DNA of 64,000 bases from Eukaryota sp. TZLM1-RC (lineage: Eukaryota > Protista > Metamonada: BaSk clade): NCBI GenBank assembly GCA_040285825.1, contig JAUPSS010000004.1, forward strand, positions 6,353,784-6,417,783, given 5' to 3'. Shown piece by piece: positions 59,601-64,000 of the stretch (position 1 is its first letter; every line of letters begins with the position of its first letter). The notes below the pieces were generated by a model. The model searched no databases. It was not told the DNA's origin and saw only the letters and a list, made by a program, of their open reading frames with translations. A program made the translations under genes and the position numbers.

Positions 59601-62545
59601 ATGAGTTCCGTTACTAAAGAACACAACTCAATAAAAAAGCGAAATGAAACATTGTTTGAATTGACATCATCGTCATTGTTTTCAGCAGAATCTCCGCATT
59701 TGAGAATAACATTACAACGGACTTCAGCAAACTGTTCAGCGCTGACGCGTATTTCTCTTCGATCTTGGGGAATTCTTAAGGAAACTTCTAGTGCAGATAG
59801 GTCAAGTTCTATTGAAGAATTTCGCAGTTGTGTTTCAATAATAAGAGATACTAATTGTTCAATTTCATTCGTTGAAGTATCCATCAGGCGGCGAATTCCA
59901 TCAATAGATTCTATAAGACTTGAAAAAACATCAGACACTTCAAAAAGGGTATTTTGATTGGAAGAAAAACCTTCCTTGATAGCAAAATCTTCTAGTTTTC
60001 GGAAAAAGGCTGGTAAAGTGATTTTAACAGGACTATAGAAATGAGGTAACAATACGCCTCTGCAAAGAGAATCATCAGCTTTGAGTTGTTGTAAAAAGAA
60101 ATTCCTAGTTTCAACAGATGCCACAAACAATGAAGCAGTACTCTCCGTTAGAATGTTATCAATTTCTTCAGAATCTCGTGAAGCCAGTTCGTGCATATAT
60201 TCCAAACACTTACATGATGCAGAGAGAGGACCACTGAGAGCAACAGAAAAGGGAACTTCTAATTCTTGATCGCCGAGTTCCAATGTATCAAGAAGACGTG
60301 AGGTTTGGTCGTGGTATTCTGCGAGAGTATTGGGAACACTGGAAGCAATAGATTTGAGTGAACGAGCTTCTTTAGGGGGAATTATGATGTTGAGGCAAAA
60401 TTTAGCAGATTTGATGGCATCAATGAGAGCAAACAGGCCAACAAAATACTCATAAAAAGAAAAGCGTCGTAATTGTGGCGTAAATCTACCCACAGCTCCA
60501 TGCTGATCAACCAATGAAAGCAGCTGAAGTTCATAATTGAAGCTATCCCGAAAACGTGGAGTCTGCCATACAGCTAAGTGTTCGAGTTGGACAGGGCCGT
60601 TAAAGTTATTTACAAACTCCACCAAACGATGTCTAAACTCGCCAACCCAACCTTCTTTTAATTCTTGGGGACGGAAATGATTAAACAGAATCGTTTGAAC
60701 TACATTACATAAAACATTGAGGTAAGTATCATTCATATTAAACACCCTTTTAAACTCTTGACATGCAAAGAAAGTTCCACTACAAACTAAACCAAAATCG
60801 TATTCATTGAGAAGAACTAAAGAATTACGTAGCCCATCTATTGCATACTGAATAGCTTGTTCTTCGCGAGGGTGACCAAGGGGAACTGATAATTGTTTGA
60901 GCATTCTTAATGATTCTTCGGTTTGGCGATAAATACCAACAGCAATACCAATCAAACCACGAAGTTCATCTTCATCAAAACCTTCAAAAGGAGGAAGGCA
61001 CTCTATAAGGCGATCTGTATTTGCAAAAAGGAAATGGGCATCTTTGAAAGAGATTTCTTGACTTATTAGCCTTGATTTGAACCCAATAAACAATTGTTGC
61101 AGAATGTTGTATTTTGAATTTCGATTATCAATGTGGAACCTTAAGACCCTCCAACCAGCTTTCCATAAAGGGTTCATAAACACTGCCAAGTCTGGATCAT
61201 TTAGGGCTACTGCAGGCAAACAAGACTCAAACTCATTGATTACTTCATTAGATTCCCATCCTTCAAACCAAGGGGGAAGCTGGGGAACATTGAACATCGA
61301 GAGAGCTGAAGAGGATTGTGTAATTGATCTTATTGCTTGCCTAATGCTCTTGGACACATCTGGCCATGATTGAACATAAGATCCTACCCTGAGGATAAAA
61401 TTGGGAGACTCTGTACAGAAAAACGAGGAAAAAGAAGGGACGAAGCTTGAAAGTTTAGGCGAGACACAGAGGAGATCGATGAGTTCAGGCTTATCAGAAA
61501 GAACTTTGCGGCATACAAGTCCATAAAGATCTTGTGGAGTAACAGAAAGATCGTTGAAGGAAGTGAAAAAGAATCTGACCAAAGAGTCAAGGTGGTTGTT
61601 TTCTGAAAGATAAGGGACTAAAGCGGAGACATAGGAATCATGGATCGGAAGTTCATAATACAGAGTTTTGAGATGTTTAGCAGCCAAGGAAAGGATTGGA
61701 CGAGACAGAACAGTAGGAAGTGTGTCATGGAAAAGGGAAAGCGATTCTTTCGGATGATGGAGAAGGGTTTCTCTGATAGAAGCCAAACATTGATGGAAAT
61801 AGGTGGACTGGTTTTGATTATGTCCATGAGGATGATGGCTCTTCTTCCTTCCCTTCTTGCTTTGGATTTGATTTTGATGATTCTGATATTGGCCAGAATA
61901 TAACAGATGTTGTGGAACTTGACGCTGACCATGGAAATATTTGTAGAAAACGTTCACATTTGGATCCTGAACACTATGGCATTGAATCAAAATATTGAGG
62001 TATTGGTGAATTGGAATTGGAAAATGCTGCATTATGGTTAGAACTTGACGAGGGTCAACATGGGTGACAACACCGTCCACCACACTGAGCATAACGCTGC
62101 AGTAGTAGTGCTGCTGATGCTGGAAAAGGAGATCGAACGACCACGTGACTCCTGCGAGATCATTATTGTCGGGACGCACTGGTCTTGATTGAGCAGAGAT
62201 ACCGATCATAATGTCATGTAAAACCCGTCCAACACTTTCCTGTGGATGTGTTTGGGCAAACGCATTCAAATAATCGCCAGCTGCGATGAATCTTTTAACA
62301 ACTGACGCTCTAGGATCAACCAAAACCTGGTTTGGGTGTTTAATCTGATACTGATGAGGATCAACACTGCGAAACTTGGCAACTACTGTTTTCTTGACGT
62401 ATTTGGCTGCCCCACACCACAAGGTTCCTTCACCCATCCTTTTTAGCTGTGTGATATGGTAAGGGTGTTCAAGGGACGGCTTATGGCGAGTGGCACCCAC
62501 TAAGAACAACAGAATCGGCTCATTGTGTACAGAGCGTGGTGTCAT
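50657..62545 (-). CDS. RNF213/mysterin-like giant AAA+ ATPase-E3 ligase (3962 aa, intronless)
   Basis: Motifs collinear with the RNF213 dynein-like core: PGNGKT, GASGVGKT, FLDEVN, VSLRDV, ENLF..GVPGQSKSL, SFQGS, IDEL..NPLKALH..LE, FIGISN..D, FFGSRD, RNYGG, LFDLLN, LLNRLEK. C-terminal RZ-like YYCRNC..MDCG..CVVC. Confidence 0.88.
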   Translation of the reverse strand: MTPRSVHNEPILLFLVGATRHKPSLEHPYHITQLKRMGEGTLWCGAAKYVKKTVVAKFRSVDPHQYQIKHPNQVLVDPRASVVKRFIAAGDYLNAFAQTHPQESVGRVLHDIMIGISAQSRPVRPDNNDLAGVTWSFDLLFQHQQHYYCSVMLSVVDGVVTHVDPRQVLTIMQHFPIPIHQYLNILIQCHSVQDPNVNVFYKYFHGQRQVPQHLLYSGQYQNHQNQIQSKKGRKKSHHPHGHNQNQSTYFHQCLASIRETLLHHPKESLSLFHDTLPTVLSRPILSLAAKHLKTLYYELPIHDSYVSALVPYLSENNHLDSLVRFFFTSFNDLSVTPQDLYGLVCRKVLSDKPELIDLLCVSPKLSSFVPSFSSFFCTESPNFILRVGSYVQSWPDVSKSIRQAIRSITQSSSALSMFNVPQLPPWFEGWESNEVINEFESCLPAVALNDPDLAVFMNPLWKAGWRVLRFHIDNRNSKYNILQQLFIGFKSRLISQEISFKDAHFLFANTDRLIECLPPFEGFDEDELRGLIGIAVGIYRQTEESLRMLKQLSVPLGHPREEQAIQYAIDGLRNSLVLLNEYDFGLVCSGTFFACQEFKRVFNMNDTYLNVLCNVVQTILFNHFRPQELKEGWVGEFRHRLVEFVNNFNGPVQLEHLAVWQTPRFRDSFNYELQLLSLVDQHGAVGRFTPQLRRFSFYEYFVGLFALIDAIKSAKFCLNIIIPPKEARSLKSIASSVPNTLAEYHDQTSRLLDTLELGDQELEVPFSVALSGPLSASCKCLEYMHELASRDSEEIDNILTESTASLFVASVETRNFFLQQLKADDSLCRGVLLPHFYSPVKITLPAFFRKLEDFAIKEGFSSNQNTLFEVSDVFSSLIESIDGIRRLMDTSTNEIEQLVSLIIETQLRNSSIELDLSALEVSLRIPQDRREIRVSAEQFAEVRCNVILKCGDSAENNDDDVNSNNVSFRFFIELCSLVTELITTLNLLVDNGYTYEPRVWTIQIAELSDLSNLESAVESQKILFNNWNNLVDRYQSVNEFAGLTGAELRDYFLGRNIEELKAINSRLPNQVFDAECDLQYPPLEGAEVDNLINRFENYVTRLSRIAASHSKDVVIIRSESFSTIFTDALRTASFKRIPFTISRFLLCSFETSLATITAFISGCATKHGVIIAPEQLSFKAKEHLRTLTSSEVVNVKLFIFTTSASIQLGGKEGQVAPANVRCQPKLSEILFSPYPGNGKTTSAREKCGDNYIVFSGPISIEKTIERLENIRRNNTDFIHIDLNKPLDVLRREWNPALFTSATGQLPLRQDFFNLMSILFSLIYLNGIRINGKIALSDAKIYLELPSPSRWDLFEGVFWGEVLCKSIVPDKWNSKRTLVYNPALISVLPNDPMHQVYDQARQYLAEYFNTPIPTNNSFESLHSLFTIEVPGFPAINSQRLSYKMLRDLATAFVAQISHFEISVFFKTESLEAYQTLSQTSIVRAQEQCRLLLLGNCRHLVFMSHSQENEFLSWNNFKIPLFFMSKWTGESHMLIPDAALNSLPTEFKKLHRQTRDPAPDTEEERQKQIRSYSTLNQYDSQQITNRLPNFVLTKDVFLKEIFIVMKLKYNIPVILKGASGVGKTYLLTHCASILFGDRFDDLFRRLTFNAGTPLNKLFESIAEINQLARAETNRFQAERDSIIAHNDTLSGEAIPTPVPEVSDTYPILFLDEVNASEHFGLVCSLITNRRIDGLALEPNVRLVLAINPYNQVGSDNQPLYNVLPSPITFEDFVLDFGSLSVNDEREYIQKISEKVSFTSLNQRAIVDIRSRICHAVCEIHHILGQLRGSSWMVSLRDVQRVKKMIDGIGLLFEKGFKVFDIPEKSFNLIIAIALYVCYAVRVSQGEVRREVDQIINSRFNLSRRKSTTAIINEVMLRFAQSVPRPDHMNIVLNNALIENLFIMLVGIVTKTPVIIIGVPGQSKSLALNLLTSYLYLDNKDPALPNISTVSFQGSRAATTENLMNAVENVEKKAENRDVIPCLIIDELSLMIDAPANPLKALHTILEKEKLRDDEENVYAFIGISNSAFDAAPSSRSIIVQRPNPSTQELASTLRQLSNNHLLAEHFAKMHLQLTNTAKIKTDLGKIESFFGSRDAYSFVRTVADPETRMEDHYSILYRNYGGLPVLDNSPYARAYQNWFHFLYEQPLTPLDLESSIRRAISVNISDERPFARHLMLVGSMPLVRSILEEHPRAADVRELPGSSYDADSYKEFSYVQLAKVIQYAASGKVILLSAQQNIIGALFDLLNRNYLKINREGLGRSKIALGSSGSRVINVHKSTRVIIVCSSSELPSQPIALLNRLEKINLSDLWAQVDSSQLDLGKELYRICGLNHINAFNHEEFVPEILSVEGRDKMTRVISEHQMPLYCAYQMFGEESHQVQALCSSINVEYGGFLSFEQVMEYHLSLMSNSNHPNRIIIHSKYLGSVPRSLSPYSQVKEFSIDQANCNDDLVELLSTAKDLVTDTDLMVIVVKGMELRHFPTVSSFITNEKIPCDVVIAVIDGNGYTLSPIDSFSSYYCDAIGYDKPLLMRTNDVTSFRLDRQHIREETVIQMIRELLPVLFLATRLFNKEVFAISGAFIKSIYENQDHLKSVCESLYQILDADLAQINVPFRVDRSALGNYSCLQDFVYHFVKDHIRKVLDQKVRLLSNCLLLVNPSRGVDIVDYFQRICDPNTGLFGDVQRLSFLNRISDLSDPNNPSFVSFGNVSPSIGSSLIYFICRIIQFIHKTSADFATVWEQLPDSVKDYLNNLDLEDCRIEMFKYWGYSEVQIDTYFSNSGGYNSFEQLCKIISKSVQNRDMVIYEGAFKFVNEHFNQRCNQSNNDEPQSNQEAEDSDDDDEIINVKRDWCSLCSRLLVIRDNSVKYRTLCTDLLTVHPLVPDHHLDWYNVLVTWLRYLILNDFDQSLLPSSPLELNVEVIDYIIENIIPDFNDLKLGLFCSIIKAFRNDEERLLLAEEYVDVFKSLGLEHLKSVLHVLFSSIFSSANSFEDLHDICGDLISPFLKFFEDNVGVFRIVVCVLTSVINNCLLQSGVNFNDSTIYDQIRIHLTRVNDIARIILYSRRFMLKVQHDVDNNLPLHPIILRYILSEQLDTDHFLGVKSCALRYLSSAYGSSQVVEFVYNEVSRRDSPVDNNTKAQLRSALPVDLDALNPMVKDTNWPSSRQFQQAVAGLKRQQFELNPDHLRGLLGLQRGEFRAILPRLPQNICDLFSSFDNKALLIPVLEVIDLPGFKELVDANTIENCYVPGCWPSIILSKFGIMDPSIRTHLYYCRNCFATLDVMDCGEITHFTVEEARYALRNDKRCVVCQQNELQFLHRDTRDNTRHYNQIIYNQFKDNWSQGFIPFTVYFELMEGHIRNLVPYSNISAYRKLMAVTLSIMIARCILKPDFIAQMNRKLEVNSSVAYFRDLLSEVIKADNGGNIGNYPFELSRKLSYFRTNSVGRSFITTTVQQKKQLERVVMEQLCAAPDQRDQVHNHANLDHRIIRQDAEYLEQLSLPTQVSIISTIPINTSNLELDCRNFGDDEAELRKNIAFIEAGKELSAFSRFFNWVDSYVRSNSTQDNIKNRQLREIVQNEDSNTYEQAKQSYSDGVGILKQLDQRQETNLACQGNVRDLPENIEDEHLLDPYTIGSTGQPSLNQLLITAIMSAHNSLAIFPTIGQQVASVPWNSYDASHFVDLSLTKYGYVLQLSDDGSVGIRVLDRIYTQLIRVNLLRPQFTVPEAPPTNAYALYAFMGAFTGDFGEEQPLPPNFQLEMSANDRLKVYQDLQVVVNALDSVALSNNGECARLYESSIHSFMQESNIANLGNLPGSITQLSISQVPALLVTIENSFNGVDCSQHIHQQYRTGALSGSQKAFMQSVVEDYSKDELLSELKQFAYRCLRDIQIQGSDNVAEYLAAEKDVGHLLGDLRSDQVYDAIRHVERL

Positions 62546-63211
62546 GCTTAAGAAAAATGAAAAATTGTGTCATGAATCACAATTTATTTAAATTGATTTG
62601 AATGACAACTGACAAACATATTCGACATCTGTTGATTAAAAACTTCGCTTAGGTTGCACAGCACATCGATTGTTGGTGTATTCTAGATATATTATTCGAA
62701 TTAAATCAGTACTCAAGCCTGAAATGCTTTGAAAACGTTTGAACATATGTTGTGGTTAAATCGAAGGCTCAAAGTTGGTTGATTCAGCAAATTTTTACAA
62801 TGGTGTTAATATGGACAAAAAATTTTGACTTATTTGTCCTCTGAATAGTTGCAGAAAAATTAACTTAAATCTATTGCAATGCAACTTTAGGTAGTGCCAA
62901 AAGGACCCATGTTGATTTCAATTGAGCATTCGTTGACATCAGCATGAATCATAAACACGTGCACTCACCACGAAAGAACCTCTTACTTTATGTCATTGTT
63001 GATAACACAACAGTTTTTGTAAGAAATGCCCAACGTTCATTAAGGCTTCTGTGCAAGACTAACCCCGCTTTACAATGCTTTTACACGGCAGTTGAGCCCA
63101 TTGTTACTTAGTGTCACTTTGTTTTGATAATAATTTGAAATAAACAATTAACAAGACAGATTCAATGATTAACAACAAAGGACAAAAACAATAAACAAAC
63201 ATATTCGTCAT

Positions 63212-63888
63212 CTAGTGAATATAAGCGATCGCTCTTACAGGAGACCCATCGCCATTCTTGAACTTCAATGGAAAACAGGAGAAACTGAACTCCTTGGCAT
63301 CAATTTCATCCAAATTGCAGAGGTTTTCAGTGATAACCATATCCTTTTTCATCAGAATGTGATGAATAGGGAAAGTAGTTGTAGAACAAGGATCAGGTGA
63401 AATACAGTCCTATTGTCAGTATGTGTGATTGTTCATACCATTCCAATTCCCTTGAGCTTGTACTGTACTAACCAATTGGCAGCATCAATGGAGAGAGTTG
63501 GGAATTCTTCAAAGTACTTCTCCTGTCCCCAAAACTGACTCCATCCAGTGTGGAGAATTACATACTCAGCACCTTGCAATGACTCGCTGTAAGGGCGTAG
63601 ATCGTCAATTTCGATGAACTCACGTCCAAGATTGCGGAGATCAATTAGAACAGCTTTCCCATGGTACTGTGAAATATCCCAGTCACTTAAAGAGGTTGCT
63701 CCCTCTGTCATGTGCTTGGGAGAATCGATGTGAGTTCCAACATGTGTGTTCATCGAGAACCTGACTTCTTCATAACCGTCTGTGGGAATATCATTGCACT
63801 GCTTAATCTCAACGGGTACAGTACCAGGATACAAAGGCATGCCATTTTCGAGTGTATGTGAGAGATCTACGAGCTTCATTGAATACAA
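63212..63888 (-). CDS. cyclase family / kynurenine formamidase (KynB)-like protein, 1 intron
   Basis: DLSH..MPLYPG, HVGTHIDSPKH, TGW, GIGMD, ENL, GDGSPVRAIA. Intron 63410-63438. Confidence 0.92.
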
Positions 63889-64000
63889 CTAAATATGACA
63901 ATTATTGTCATTTTTGAAGATGAAAACAGTTCAAAATATGTGAAGAATTATCCAGAAATTCATGATTGAATTGTTTGTTTTCACTTTTTGACATGATGGA

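Overview
AT-rich, gene-dense eukaryotic DNA in the standard genetic code. Ciliary genes (kinesin-9 family, SHIPPO-repeat protein, CDKL kinase, a dynein fragment) and anaerobe-type genes (Fe-ADH, hemerythrin) suggest a flagellated anaerobic protist, possibly a metamonad (inference). About 17 host genes and one tRNA-Pro are separated by dense transposon debris: more than 10 CRE-like RLE LINE fragments, two hAT elements with TIRs and 8-bp TSDs, a short-LTR element with TSD and PPT, and Tc1-like relics. Highlights: (1) a degenerate Fanzor1-like (eukaryotic TnpB-type RNA-guided nuclease) C-terminal region followed by an omegaRNA-like hairpin, plus a possible N-terminal remnant elsewhere; (2) an intronless 3962-aa RNF213/mysterin-like AAA+ E3 with no RING and a variant RZ finger; (3) a TmcB-like polytopic membrane protein ending in an intact hemerythrin domain (candidate O2 receptor); (4) nine introns, mostly 28-35 nt, all ending YTNAY-NN-YAG. 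All family calls come from recognising motifs by eye, not from database searches.
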